The notes under the pieces: generated by a model
Told to the model about the DNA's origin: nothing
Database searches by the model: none
Seen by the model: only the letters and a program-made list of their open reading frames with translations
DNA from: Armatimonadota bacterium
GTDB lineage: Bacteria; Armatimonadota; SYMT01
Reading direction: 5' to 3'
Length of the DNA: 64,000 bases
Assembly (NCBI GenBank): GCA_046292385.1
Contig: JBKBRF010000003.1
Location: forward strand, 64,001 to 128,000
Shown here: positions 1-11,929 of the stretch, piece by piece
Layout: each line of letters opens with the position of its first letter
How positions within the stretch are numbered: position 1 is the first letter of the stretch
Program-made: the position numbers and the translations under genes

Positions 1-2
1 GG

Positions 3-134
3 GCCGCCTTCCCGCTCGTCTTCGGCGCGCCGGTCTGGCTGGCGATCGGGATCTTTACGGTCCCCGCCGCCGCCGGCGCGGCGCTGCTGGTGCACCTGGT
101 CGCCGGCGTCTACACGCGCTTCCAGCTCCGCTGA
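3..134 (+). CDS. 3' end of a membrane protein (truncated by window start)
   Basis: Frame from 3 reads AAFPLVFGAPVWLAIGIFTVPAAAGAALLVHLVAGVYTRFQLR*; hydrophobic, GC3-rich codons, TGA at 132-134. Confidence 0.55.
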   Translation, partial: AAFPLVFGAPVWLAIGIFTVPAAAGAALLVHLVAGVYTRFQLR

Positions 135-242
135 GACTCGTCCGGCCGGGGTCGCAACTCTGGGATCGTTTTCGGGGTCGAACTGTAAGGCGGGACGCTC
201 GATGTCGTCCGGTGAGCACGCCCGCAGGGAGACGCCTCGACG

Positions 243-755
243 ATGCGGTGGGCCGGATGGAAAGTCGCAGCGGGTCTGGCGGTCTGCCTCGCGGTGCTGG
301 CAGCCGGCGGGTGCGATCCCGCCCCGACGCCCGGAGATCCCGAGCTCGGGCCTGACTTCACGGTCGGAGGCGGAGACTACCGGAACGCCGAGCGCTCCGG
401 CGGGCTGAAGCTCTACCTGCATCCCGCCATCACCCGCTCGGGCTACCTCAACCTGACCGTGGTGGTGCGGAACGAGGGGCCGATGCCCGAGCGCGTGCTG
501 CCGATCGACCCGGACTGGTACCAGCCGGAGCTCCTGCTCCGGAACGGCGCGGTCGTTCCGGCCTATACCCTTCGCCTGGGCTGCCGCGCGGCGATTCCCG
601 AAAAGGAGATGCCGCTGATCTGGCCCAACAACTCGCTCCGGGCGAGCTACCGGATCGACCCCTCCGGCGAAGGCTACGCCCTCGACGACGTAATCAAGTG
701 CCGGATACGCGGCGGTCAACGCCAGTCGTCGTGGGCTGCGGTCGCTCGGCTCTGA
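243..755 (+). CDS. Hypothetical lipoprotein
   Basis: N-terminal hydrophobic signal ending LAAGGC (lipobox-like); typical codon usage. Confidence 0.6.
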   Translation: MRWAGWKVAAGLAVCLAVLAAGGCDPAPTPGDPELGPDFTVGGGDYRNAERSGGLKLYLHPAITRSGYLNLTVVVRNEGPMPERVLPIDPDWYQPELLLRNGAVVPAYTLRLGCRAAIPEKEMPLIWPNNSLRASYRIDPSGEGYALDDVIKCRIRGGQRQSSWAAVARL

Positions 756-996
756 TCAGCGCCGAGGGTTGGCGCGCGCACGTTGATCGGAGCAGGCCTG
801 ACGGAGGAGAGTGCGGCCCGGAGACGAGGCCGCGCGAGCGCGTCACTCCGGTAGCTCCGACACGTGCGACCTCCACACGGTCTGCTCCACCGTTCCGGTG
901 TCGAGCACCTCGAGACGCGGACGGCGCACCTCGGTGATTGCGGAGTGACGTGCTTGCACGGCCCTTCTCTCGCGGTGAAGTTGCTCTCGCCAGGCA

Positions 997-1031
997 CTTT
1001 GTGGCCGCACGGATGCGTGTGCGGCCACAAA
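997..1031. terminator. Hairpin terminator downstream of the esterase
   Basis: ctttgtggccgcac...gtgcggccacaaag inverted repeat just after the stop of 1039..3045(-). Confidence 0.6.
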
Positions 1032-1038
1032 GCTCTCA

Positions 1039-3087
<2,049 letters not shown>

Positions 3088-4164
3088 TTACCGGGGTTGG
3101 CCGGGCGGCATGCAGGTGGCGCCCTCCAGGAGCACCTCCGGGACCGCTCTGGAGGGCAGCGTCTGGTTGGGGTTCTCGATCTTCTCCAGAAGCATCGACA
3201 CGGCTCCCTCGCCCACCTGCTGCATCATGTTGCTGACCGTATGAATCGGGAGGAAGCAGCGCTCGTCGACGTGGCTGTGGAAGTGGATGAGCGAGAGCTC
3301 CTCCGGAATCCGGAGCCCGAGGAGCAGCGAGGCCCGCACCACGGCCATCGATTCGGTGAGCTCGTACGCCACCACGGCCGTGGGGCGATCGCGGGTGTTC
3401 AGCAGCCGCACGGCGGCCTCCACGCGCTGATCCGCGTGCGTCCCGCCCGGGGAGCGCCAGTCGATGGGGAGGCGATGCACCCAGGGAGCTCTGCCCGCCG
3501 ACCGCATTGCCCGCTCGTAGCCGGCGCGACGGTCCCGCTCGCTGTAGTGGGGGATGCTCCGCTCTTCGGTCTCGACGTAGGCGATGCGCTCGTGGCCCAG
3601 GCGGAGCAAAGCTTCGGCGGCCAGCTCGCCTCCCCGCAGGTCGTCCGGGTAGATGCAGTCGACGTCCTGCTTCGAGTTGAGAAAGATCGCCGGAATGCGG
3701 AGCCGGCGGATGTGCGCGAGAAACGGCGGCGGCCGATCTCCGTGCCGGTTGATGAACACGCCGTCCACCGAGAGCGCGCGCATCGTGTGCGCCAGGTACG
3801 ACTCGCCGCTGTCGTCCACGTTGGCAACCTGCGTCAGCACGAGCTGGAGGTCCTGCGCCGCCATCGCCGTGGTCAGCCCATTGAGCAGCTCCGCAGGGAG
3901 GTAGCGTCCGAGCTGCGACTGGACCAGCGCCACGCTTCCGAAGCGGCCCGCCCGGATCGCCCGCGCGGAGGCGTTGGCGCGGTAGCCAAGCTCCTGGGCG
4001 GCTTGCAGTACCCGCTGCCGGGTTTCCGGCCGGATGCGCTGTTCCGCTGCCCGCCCGTTCAGGACGTGCGTGACGGTCGAGCGCGACAGCCCGGTGTGGG
4101 CGGCGATCGTCGCGATCGTCGGAGGGCCGGTGTGCGATTCGGCGCCCTTCGTGGCTGGTGCCAT
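3088..4164 (-). CDS. LacI-family transcriptional regulator
   Basis: HTH TIATIAAHTGLSRSTVTHVLNG, hinge LGYRANASARAI, sugar-binding domain (LGHERIAY, GLRIPEELS). Confidence 0.92.
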   Translation of the reverse strand: MAPATKGAESHTGPPTIATIAAHTGLSRSTVTHVLNGRAAEQRIRPETRQRVLQAAQELGYRANASARAIRAGRFGSVALVQSQLGRYLPAELLNGLTTAMAAQDLQLVLTQVANVDDSGESYLAHTMRALSVDGVFINRHGDRPPPFLAHIRRLRIPAIFLNSKQDVDCIYPDDLRGGELAAEALLRLGHERIAYVETEERSIPHYSERDRRAGYERAMRSAGRAPWVHRLPIDWRSPGGTHADQRVEAAVRLLNTRDRPTAVVAYELTESMAVVRASLLLGLRIPEELSLIHFHSHVDERCFLPIHTVSNMMQQVGEGAVSMLLEKIENPNQTLPSRAVPEVLLEGATCMPPGQPR

Positions 4165-4346
4165 CGGACTAGCTGGCGAGACGCTGGTTGCTATTTCGTG
4201 ATAGCATCAGGATAACACCTTGCAGGCGCCGCGTCACAGAGCGCTTCAACGCAGTCGGGCCGGCATGTCCCTGCGTATCCGGACGCGCGCAGAACGTCTC
4301 CGGCGGGGAGAGTCTAGTGGTGTGTCCAGGTACTTCTGATCTGTTG

Positions 4347-4431
4347 GAGTGGGAGCAAGGGAGAGTGGGGGAGTGGGAGAGCCGCTCCCGTAAGCAGCTT
4401 CTCAAGCTCGCCCTCTCGCCCACTCCCCCTT
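4347..4431. repeat. Purine-rich octamer-like tract with an inverted pyrimidine-rich counterpart
   Basis: gagtgggagcaagggagagtgggggagtgggagag ... ctcgccctctcgcccactccccct. Confidence 0.5.
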
Positions 4432-4471
4432 GCCAAAGCCACCTATCAATCCCGGTCTGACGGAGTACTAG

Positions 4472-6841
4472 ATGCGGATCTCGAGGAGAGCGACCCTGAT
4501 CGCGGCCGGCGCCGCGACGCTTGCCGACTGGCCCGCCGCGGAAGCCCAGGTCCGACGCGAGCCGGACGAGACGCTGTGGTACCGGCGTCCGGCGCGGCGG
4601 TGGCTGGAAGCGCTGCCGGTGGGGAACGGCCGGATCGCCGCGATGGTGTTCGGCGGGGTGCAGCAGGAGCGGCTGCAGCTGAACGAGGGGACCCTCTGGG
4701 CGGGCGGGCCGCACGACTACACGCACCCGGACGCCGCGGAGGCGCTCCCGGAGATCCGGCGGCTGGTCTTCGCGGGCGAGTGGCGGAAGGCCCAGGAGCT
4801 GGTCGCGGAGCGGTTCATGAGCGTGCCGCTGCGGCAGATGCCGTACCAAACCGTGGGATCCCTGGTCCTGGACCTAGCGGGGCTGCCGGGCGAGGCTGAA
4901 GCGCGGGGCTACCGGCGGCAGCTGGACCTCGACTCGGCGGTCACGTCGTGCGACTTCGAGGCGGGCGGCGTCCGCTACCGGCGGGAGGTCTTCGCCAGCG
5001 CGCCGGACCAGGTGCTCGTGATGCGGCTGACGGCGGACAAGCCCGGCAGCATCTCGTTCAACGCGCGCTATGAAACCCCGCAGCGGTCGGTCCAGAAGCG
5101 CTGCGACGGGAGCCGCCTGATCCTGAGCGGAATCGGCGGCGGCTCGCAGGGGATTGCGGGCGCGGTGCGCTTCCACGCCGTCGCGCAGTTTCTCCCCGAG
5201 GGCGGGACGGTCGACGCGTCCGATCCGGAGACCCTCCGCGTTTCCGGCGCAAATGCCGTGACCGTGCTCATCTCGATCGCCACGAGCTATCGCAGCTATG
5301 AGGACGTGAGCGCGGACGCCGCGGCCCGGGCGGAGGAGGCTCTGAAGGCGGCCTCGCGCAAGCCGTATTCCCGCCTGCGACGCGCCCACGTTGACGACTA
5401 CCGGAAGCTCTACCGCCGCGTCTCCCTGCAGTTCTCTTCGGGGAGCCCGGACGCCGACGCGGAAGCCGCCGGCAAGCCGACCGACGAGCGCGTGGCCGCC
5501 TACCGGAACGGTAAGGACCCGCGTCTCGCCGCGCTCCACTTTCAGTTCGGGCGCTACCTGCTCATCTCGTGCTCCCGGCCGGGCGGGCAGCCGGCCACCC
5601 TGCAGGGGCTCTGGAACGACAGCCTGACCCCGCCCTGGGACAGCAAATACACCATCAACATCAACACCGAGATGAACTACTGGCCCGCCGCGCCGGGCAA
5701 CCTGGCGGAGTGCTACGCGCCGCTCTTCGAGATGGTCCGCGAGCTCTCGGTCTCCGGCCAGCGCACCGCCCGGGAGCACTACGGCGCCCGCGGCTGGGTA
5801 TGCCACCACAATACGGACGGCTGGCGCGGCTGCGCGCCGATCGACGGCCCGTTCTGGGGCATGTGGCAAACGGGCGGGGCCTGGCTGGCGCTGGGCGGCT
5901 GGGACCACTACGAGTTCACGCGGGACCGGGCGGAGCTGGCGCGCAACTACCCCGCGATGAAGGGCGCCGCGGAGTTCTTCCTCGACTCGCTGGTGGAGGA
6001 GCCGAAGCGCGGGTGGCTGGTCACCTGCCCCTCCAACTCTCCGGAGAACGCGCACCACCCGGGAGTCAGTATTTGCGCCGGTCCGACGATGGATATGCAG
6101 ATCCTCCGCGACCTGTTCGGGGCGGTCGCCCGGGCGTCGGAGGTGCTGGGAGTCGATCGGGAGCTGCGCGAGCGGGTGACGGCCGCCCGCGAGCGGCTCG
6201 CGCCGATGCAGATCGGGAAGCAGGGACAGCTCCAGGAGTGGCTGGAGGATTGGGACGCCGCCGCGCCGGAGCGGGAGCACCGGCACGTCTCGCATCTTTA
6301 CGGCCTCCATCCGAGCAGCCAGATCACGCGGCGGGCTACGCCGGAGCTCTTCGCCGCGGCGCGCAAGTCGCTGGAGATGCGGGGCGACGTGGGGACCGGC
6401 TGGAGCCTGGCGTGGAAGATCAACCTCTGGGCCCGGCTGGAGGACGGCGAGCGGGCCCACAAGCTGCATGCCGACCTCCTCACGCCGGAGCGCACGGCGC
6501 CGAACCTGTTCGACCTCCACCCGCCGTTCCAGATCGACGGCAACTTCGGCGCCACCTCTGGGGTCGCCGAAATGCTGCTGCAGAGCCATGCGGGGGAGCT
6601 CCATCTCCTCCCCGCCCTCCCCTCTGCCTGGCCCAGCGGCTCCATCCAGGGGCTCTGCGCCCGCGGCGGGTTCGTGGTCGACCTGGCGTGGCGCGGCGGA
6701 GAGCTGGAGCAGGCGCTGATCCTGTCGCGAGCGGGGGAGCGCTGCGAAGTACGGTTGGGAGAGCAGACCGCGCGGTTCGAGACGAAGCGCGGAAAGCGGT
6801 ATCGACTCGGTCCTGACCTCCTCGTCAAGCCGGCCTCGTGA
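4472..6841 (+). CDS. GH95 alpha-L-fucosidase / alpha-L-galactosidase, probably Tat-exported
   Basis: SRRATL Tat-like signal; EALPVGNGR, LQLNEGTLW, FQFGRYLLIS, WDSKYTININTEMNYW, HRHVSHLYG, PPFQIDGNFG motifs. Confidence 0.93.
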   Translation: MRISRRATLIAAGAATLADWPAAEAQVRREPDETLWYRRPARRWLEALPVGNGRIAAMVFGGVQQERLQLNEGTLWAGGPHDYTHPDAAEALPEIRRLVFAGEWRKAQELVAERFMSVPLRQMPYQTVGSLVLDLAGLPGEAEARGYRRQLDLDSAVTSCDFEAGGVRYRREVFASAPDQVLVMRLTADKPGSISFNARYETPQRSVQKRCDGSRLILSGIGGGSQGIAGAVRFHAVAQFLPEGGTVDASDPETLRVSGANAVTVLISIATSYRSYEDVSADAAARAEEALKAASRKPYSRLRRAHVDDYRKLYRRVSLQFSSGSPDADAEAAGKPTDERVAAYRNGKDPRLAALHFQFGRYLLISCSRPGGQPATLQGLWNDSLTPPWDSKYTININTEMNYWPAAPGNLAECYAPLFEMVRELSVSGQRTAREHYGARGWVCHHNTDGWRGCAPIDGPFWGMWQTGGAWLALGGWDHYEFTRDRAELARNYPAMKGAAEFFLDSLVEEPKRGWLVTCPSNSPENAHHPGVSICAGPTMDMQILRDLFGAVARASEVLGVDRELRERVTAARERLAPMQIGKQGQLQEWLEDWDAAAPEREHRHVSHLYGLHPSSQITRRATPELFAAARKSLEMRGDVGTGWSLAWKINLWARLEDGERAHKLHADLLTPERTAPNLFDLHPPFQIDGNFGATSGVAEMLLQSHAGELHLLPALPSAWPSGSIQGLCARGGFVVDLAWRGGELEQALILSRAGERCEVRLGEQTARFETKRGKRYRLGPDLLVKPAS

Positions 6842-6896
6842 GCGGCGGGTCCGCCGCACCCTCTTTTCTTCTTCCTGGCCCCACGGAGTGCTCAAC

Positions 6897-8852
6897 ATGA
6901 AACGATTGGCTCCGATCCCGCTTCTCTTCACCGTGCTGGCACTCGCGACCCCGTCGGTGGTCGCGCAGTCTCCCACGCTCACCATCGACGCGGCGCGGCC
7001 CGTCGCGAAGGCGAGCCCGATCCACTACGGGCTCATGACGGAGGAGCTGAACCACGCCTACGACGGCGGGCTCTACGCGGAGCTGGTGCGGAACCGCGCC
7101 TTCATGGACGATGCGAGGCGGCCGGTTCACTGGTCGCCCGTGCAGGGAAGCGGCTCCGCCGCCGCGATCGCGCTCGATCCGGAGCAGCCGCTCAACGCGA
7201 CGCTGCCGATCAGCCTCCGGCTTCAGGTGACCTCCGCCTCGCCCGCCGCGCCCGCGGGAGTGGCGAACGGCGGCTTCTGGGGCATCCCCGTCCAGCCGGA
7301 CACGCGCTACCGCGCCTCGTTCTACGGCAAAGCGGCGCCCGGCTTTTCCGGCCCCGTCACCGTCGCGATCGAGAGTGCGGACGGCGGCACCGTCCACGCG
7401 AAGGCGACGGTGCCCCGCCTTGCCGGCGACTGGAAGGAGTACCGCGTCACCCTGAAGACCGGAGCGGTGAAGCCGACCTCCCAGGCGCGCCTGGCGCTGA
7501 AGGTGGAGCGGCCGGGGACGGTGTGGCTCAGCCTCGTCTCTCTCTTCCCGCCGACGTGGAAGAACCGTCCCAACGGGCTGCGCCGGGACCTGATGCAGAT
7601 GCTCGTCGACCTGAAGCCGGCCTTCCTCCGCTTCCCGGGCGGGAATTACCTGGAGGGGCAGACGGTCGCCACCCGCTTCGACTGGAAGAAGACCCTCGGG
7701 CCCCTGACCGAGCGCCCCGGGCACCAGGGGCCGTGGGGCTATCGCTCGTCGGACGGGCTGGGCCTGCTCGAGTTCCTGCTCTGGGCGAAAGACATGGGCG
7801 CGGAGCCGGTGCTCGGCGTCTACGCCGGTTACTCCCTCGGGGGCGAGTACGTGAAGCCGGGCCGAGACCTGGCCCCGTTCGTGCAGGACGCGCTCGACGA
7901 GATCGAGTACGTCGCCGGTCCGGTCACCTCCACGTGGGGCGCGCGGCGGGCGAAGGACGGCCATCCGGAGCCGTTCCCGCTCCGCTACGTGGAGATCGGC
8001 AACGAGGACTGGTTCGACAAGTCGGGCAGCTACGACGCCCGCTTCGCGCAGTTCTACGACGCGATCAAGGAGCGGTACCCCCACCTGAAGGTCGTCTCCA
8101 CCGTCGGCAACGAGCAGCCGGCCGAGAAGCGCGTCCACAGCCGGCGTCCGGACGTGCTGGACGAGCACTACTACCGGAACACCGCCCAGTTCCTCCGGAT
8201 GTCTCCCAACCACTACGAGCGGTACGACCGGAAAGGGCCGGAGATCTTCGTCGGCGAGTGGGGCGCGCACGAGGAGATCGTGCCGTGGGACCCGCGCTCG
8301 CAGGGGCTCCCACCCACGCCGAGCATGAAGGCGGCCCTCGGCGATGCGGCGTTCATGACCGCGATGGAGCGGAACTCCGACCTGGTGACGATGCAGGCCT
8401 ACGCGCCGCTGCTGGTCAACGTGAACCCCGGCGCGCGGCAGTGGCGTCCGAACCTGATCGGTTACGACGCGCTCCGCTCCTACGGCTCACCCAGCTACTA
8501 CGCGCTGCGGATGTTCAGCCGCAACTACGGCGACTCGATCCTGCGGACCACCCTCACCGGCGCGCCGCTGCTCACTTCGGTCACGAAGGAAGGCAAGGGC
8601 GGGGCGATCTTCGTCAAGCACGTCAACCCGGAGCCGCGGCCGCAGACCCTTTCGATCGAGCTCCAGGGAGTCCGCTCCGTCAAGCCGACGGCGACGGCGA
8701 CGGTGCTCGCCGCCGCGCCGGATGAGAACAACTCGATCGACCAGCCGACCAAAGTGGTCCCGGTCACCCGGACGGTAAACGGGGTCGCGCCGACCTTCAC
8801 CCACACCTTCCCGCCGCACTCGGTCACGGTGCTGCGGCTCGAAGCGCGGTAA
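6897..8852 (+). CDS. GH51 alpha-L-arabinofuranosidase with CBM4-like insert
   Basis: Signal peptide; EELNHAYDGGLYAELVRNR, FLRFPGGNY, VEIGNED, DEHYY, FVGEW, MERNSDLV motifs; GGAG RBS before ATG 6897. Confidence 0.92.
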   Translation: MKRLAPIPLLFTVLALATPSVVAQSPTLTIDAARPVAKASPIHYGLMTEELNHAYDGGLYAELVRNRAFMDDARRPVHWSPVQGSGSAAAIALDPEQPLNATLPISLRLQVTSASPAAPAGVANGGFWGIPVQPDTRYRASFYGKAAPGFSGPVTVAIESADGGTVHAKATVPRLAGDWKEYRVTLKTGAVKPTSQARLALKVERPGTVWLSLVSLFPPTWKNRPNGLRRDLMQMLVDLKPAFLRFPGGNYLEGQTVATRFDWKKTLGPLTERPGHQGPWGYRSSDGLGLLEFLLWAKDMGAEPVLGVYAGYSLGGEYVKPGRDLAPFVQDALDEIEYVAGPVTSTWGARRAKDGHPEPFPLRYVEIGNEDWFDKSGSYDARFAQFYDAIKERYPHLKVVSTVGNEQPAEKRVHSRRPDVLDEHYYRNTAQFLRMSPNHYERYDRKGPEIFVGEWGAHEEIVPWDPRSQGLPPTPSMKAALGDAAFMTAMERNSDLVTMQAYAPLLVNVNPGARQWRPNLIGYDALRSYGSPSYYALRMFSRNYGDSILRTTLTGAPLLTSVTKEGKGGAIFVKHVNPEPRPQTLSIELQGVRSVKPTATATVLAAAPDENNSIDQPTKVVPVTRTVNGVAPTFTHTFPPHSVTVLRLEAR

Positions 8853-8858
8853 GCGCGG

Positions 8859-10901
8859 GTGAATGCCGTGATGAACCGGTCACTCCTGACCGCCCTGGGC
8901 GCGGCGCTGCTGCTCGTTTCCGCGCTGGCGGCAACGGGCACGGCGCCGCGCCCGTCCTCGCGTACCTGGACCGCCGACAACGGCGACGGGACCTTCACCA
9001 ACCCGCTCTTCTACGACGAGTTCTCCGATCCGGACCTGATCCGCGTCGGCAGCGACTACTACATGACCGGCACGACGATGCACGCCATGCCGGGCCTGCC
9101 GCTGCTGCACTCCCGGGACCTGGTGAACTGGCGGCTGCTCAGCTACGCGGCCGACCGCCTCGACTTCGGTCCGGAGTACCGGCTGGAGAACGGAAAGGAG
9201 ATCTACGGGCAGGGCGTCTGGGCGCCGGCGCTCCGCCACCACCGGGGCACGTTCTACATCTTCGACAACATCCGCGGGCAGCCGACCCAGATCTTCTCAG
9301 CCAGGGACCCGCGGGGGCCCTGGAAGCGGACCCCGATGAAGCGGGGGTTCCACGACCTGTCGGTGCTCTTCGACGACGACGGCAAGGTCTACGTCATCTG
9401 GGGCTACCGGGAGATCCGGCTCGCCCGCTTGAACGACGAGCTGACCGACGTCATTCCCGGCACCGAGCGGATCATCATTCCGCGGGACGCTGGGATGGGT
9501 GAGGGCTCGCACTTCTACAAGATCGACGGCAAGTACTACATCACCAGCGCCTGGTATCTCGGCACGATGCGGATGCCCTGCGCCCGCGCGGACCGCCCGG
9601 AGGGTCCGTACGAGGTAGTGCCGGCGATCAGCGGAGGAGAAGACTACGGGATTGCGAAGGGCGCGCTGCACCAGGGCGGCATCGTCAGCACCCCCGGCGG
9701 CGAGTGGTGGGGCTTCTCGATGATGGACTTCAACTCCCTCGGGCGGCTTACCGGGCTCTCGCCGGTCACCTGGAAGGACGGCTGGCCCTACTTCGGGCTT
9801 CCGGGAAACCTCGGCCGCAGCCCGCGCACCTGGGTCAAGCCGAACACCAGGCATTCCTCCGGGCCGCGAGCGCCGTTCCAGCGCAGTGACGATTTCTCCG
9901 GCCGGCGTCTCCAGCCGGTCTGGCAGTGGAACCACGCGCCCGAGGATGCAAAGTGGTCGCTCACCGAGCGGTCCGGGTACCTCCGGCTGCACTCGCTCCC
10001 GGCGCCGGAATTCTGGTGGGCGCGCAACACGCTCACCCAGCGCGCGGTCGGACCGCAGTCGGTCGCCACGGCGGAGTTGGACCCGAGCGGCATGAAGCCG
10101 GGCGACGTGGCCGGGCTGGGGCTGCTCAACTCCCCGTACGCCTGGATCGGGGTGAGCCGGGGCGCGGCGGAGCTCACGCTGGAGCAGTTCGACAAGGGCA
10201 GCGGCAAGACCACGCGGGTCCCGCTGAAGTCCGGCCGGGTCTGGCTGCGAGCGGACTGCGACTTCTTCACGGAGAAGGCTCGGTTCAGCTACAGCACGGA
10301 CGGCCAGCGCTTCCAGGAAGTGGGCGACCCGTTCACCATGGTCTTCCAGCTCAAGACGTTCCAGGGCGTCCGCTACTCGCTGTTCCACTACAACACGAGC
10401 GGCGCCCCGGGCGGCCACGCCGACTTCGACCGGCTGACGGTCCACGAGCCGCGCCCGCGGGGTCTAACCCGACCGATCCCCCGGGGCAAGACGATCACGC
10501 TGGGCGCCGTGGGGGCGGGTCCGGTGCTGGCGGTGCAGGGCGGAGCGCTCGTCACCCTCCGCGCGGCGGACCCGGCGGCTGCCGGGCCGGCCGCCCGCTT
10601 TCGGGTGATCGACCGGGGACTGGGCCGGGTGGCGCTGCGATCCGGCGATCGCGTCATCTCCGTAGGGGGCGGTGGCGCGCCGGGCGAGGTGACCCTCCGC
10701 TCCGGACCGCCGGGTCTCTCCGAGACGTTCCAGTGGATCGAGACGCCGCAGGGGGAGCTGACTCTGCTGAGCCTGGCCACGCACCGCTACCTCCGGCTGC
10801 ATCCCACGGACGGCGCGATCTCCGCCGACCACGCCGGGCCGCAGCGCGGCCGCACGGACGGAGTCCGGCTTCAGTGGAAGGGAGTGGCGCGGGAGCGTTA
10901 A
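8859..10901 (+). CDS. GH43 beta-xylosidase/arabinofuranosidase with C-terminal beta-sandwich and fascin-like domain
   Basis: NPLFYDEFSDPDLIRVG, SRDLVNW, WAPALR, LFDDDGKVY, EGSHFYKIDGKYY, HQGGIV motifs. Confidence 0.9.
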   Translation: MNAVMNRSLLTALGAALLLVSALAATGTAPRPSSRTWTADNGDGTFTNPLFYDEFSDPDLIRVGSDYYMTGTTMHAMPGLPLLHSRDLVNWRLLSYAADRLDFGPEYRLENGKEIYGQGVWAPALRHHRGTFYIFDNIRGQPTQIFSARDPRGPWKRTPMKRGFHDLSVLFDDDGKVYVIWGYREIRLARLNDELTDVIPGTERIIIPRDAGMGEGSHFYKIDGKYYITSAWYLGTMRMPCARADRPEGPYEVVPAISGGEDYGIAKGALHQGGIVSTPGGEWWGFSMMDFNSLGRLTGLSPVTWKDGWPYFGLPGNLGRSPRTWVKPNTRHSSGPRAPFQRSDDFSGRRLQPVWQWNHAPEDAKWSLTERSGYLRLHSLPAPEFWWARNTLTQRAVGPQSVATAELDPSGMKPGDVAGLGLLNSPYAWIGVSRGAAELTLEQFDKGSGKTTRVPLKSGRVWLRADCDFFTEKARFSYSTDGQRFQEVGDPFTMVFQLKTFQGVRYSLFHYNTSGAPGGHADFDRLTVHEPRPRGLTRPIPRGKTITLGAVGAGPVLAVQGGALVTLRAADPAAAGPAARFRVIDRGLGRVALRSGDRVISVGGGGAPGEVTLRSGPPGLSETFQWIETPQGELTLLSLATHRYLRLHPTDGAISADHAGPQRGRTDGVRLQWKGVARER

Positions 10902-10922
10902 ACTTTACCCCCTTGACACGGG

Positions 10923-10931
10923 TGCTATACT
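10923..10931 (+). promoter_or_regulatory. Putative extended -10 promoter (TGnTATACT)
   Basis: tgctatact in an AT-richer patch ~80 nt upstream of ORF 11012. Confidence 0.4.
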
Positions 10932-11011
10932 CTTTTGGCTCTGAGAAGCCGGGCATTCAGCCGTCCCGCATCGGCTGACATTCTGACGATTTCAAGTTAC
11001 AGGAAGTACCG

Positions 11012-11215
11012 ATGACGCAGCGGCAGAGACTGGCTTTCATTATTCTTCAGCTCAATCACGGCTACACCTCGTGGCGCGAGGCGCTCCGCCTGGCCCGCGC
11101 CCACGCTCGGGGCTGTGAGCGCGCCGAGTCCCGCGAGGCGGCGGAGGCGGTGCGCGCCTCCCTCCGCGCCGCGGACGCGGCCCTCGAGACGATGCAGGTC
11201 GCCGCGGCGGCCTAA
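11012..11215 (+). CDS. Small helical hypothetical protein (67 aa)
   Basis: AGGAAG RBS-like sequence, upstream promoter-like motif, downstream terminator, GC3-rich codons. Confidence 0.6.
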   Translation: MTQRQRLAFIILQLNHGYTSWREALRLARAHARGCERAESREAAEAVRASLRAADAALETMQVAAAA

Positions 11216-11238
11216 CCCGGCTCGAATCCGAAAACAGC

Positions 11239-11267
11239 AAAGGCCGGCTCCTCCGGGGCCGGCCTTT
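11239..11267 (+). terminator. Intrinsic terminator
   Basis: aaaggccggctcc-tcc-ggggccggccttt stem-loop right after the small ORF. Confidence 0.7.
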
Positions 11268-11468
11268 CTGCGTCTGGAGTACTGCCCCAAAGAGCCGACT
11301 TTCCGTTGGTCTCCGAGCCTCCCTGTGAGCGCTCCAACCGAGGGAGCGGGTGCGATGCAGATTTCGGGCAGCCCCAAACCGCGAGGACGGCGAGGGAGGA
11401 GCATCTCCCGATCTGGTGCACCCGACCGCCTGATGACGAGGGTCCGACGTCCACGCGGGCCGAAGGCC

Positions 11469-11608
11469 TTGGAGTGCGGGAGCTTGCTCCCGCTTTCGCC
11501 GCCGGCTGCGAGACCGAGCCGCCGATACCTGTGACAGCTTGCTGTCGCCCGAGAGCATACTACCGGAACGGCCGGCTCCCCAAAGCGGCAGTGAGCTGCC
11601 GCACTCCA
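11469..11608. repeat. Inverted pair of REP-like palindromic units
   Basis: tggagtgcgggagcttgctcccgcttt (11470-11496) and aaagcggcagtgagctgccgcactcca (11582-11608) are near reverse complements, each with an internal hairpin. Confidence 0.65.
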
Positions 11609-11929
11609 TACACTGGCCCGCGAGCTGGTCCCGCCTCACCCTGCGACATAATCCCGGTCCGCAGTCTCCGCCAAGGCATAGCCGGAGGGCTCCACTTGTG
11701 AGGCCCCCAGGCGCGGGGGTGAACCCGGGGAGTGATCACGGTCCCGAAGCGAGTGTCTCTCACCCGATCCCATCTCCTTTTCCGGCTCTGCGCCGGCATA
11801 CGCCCTCATGCTCGGTCGCGGAGTTACCAGCAGCAGCTACTCTGCTGCTCCTCTCCTTTCAAGCGAGGGTTTCTTATCCGGGCGCTTGGGTAAGACGGGC
11901 CGGACACGGGAGGCGAAGGATCACGAGTT

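Noticed and set aside
4225..4255. LacI operator around agagcgcttc
   Set aside because: Only a weak palindrome with no second copy found; it cannot be supported.
11374..11425. Third copy of the 80-nt repeat
   Set aside because: Only scattered short matches (ccaaaccgc, aggagca, gtgcacc); not convincing without alignment statistics.
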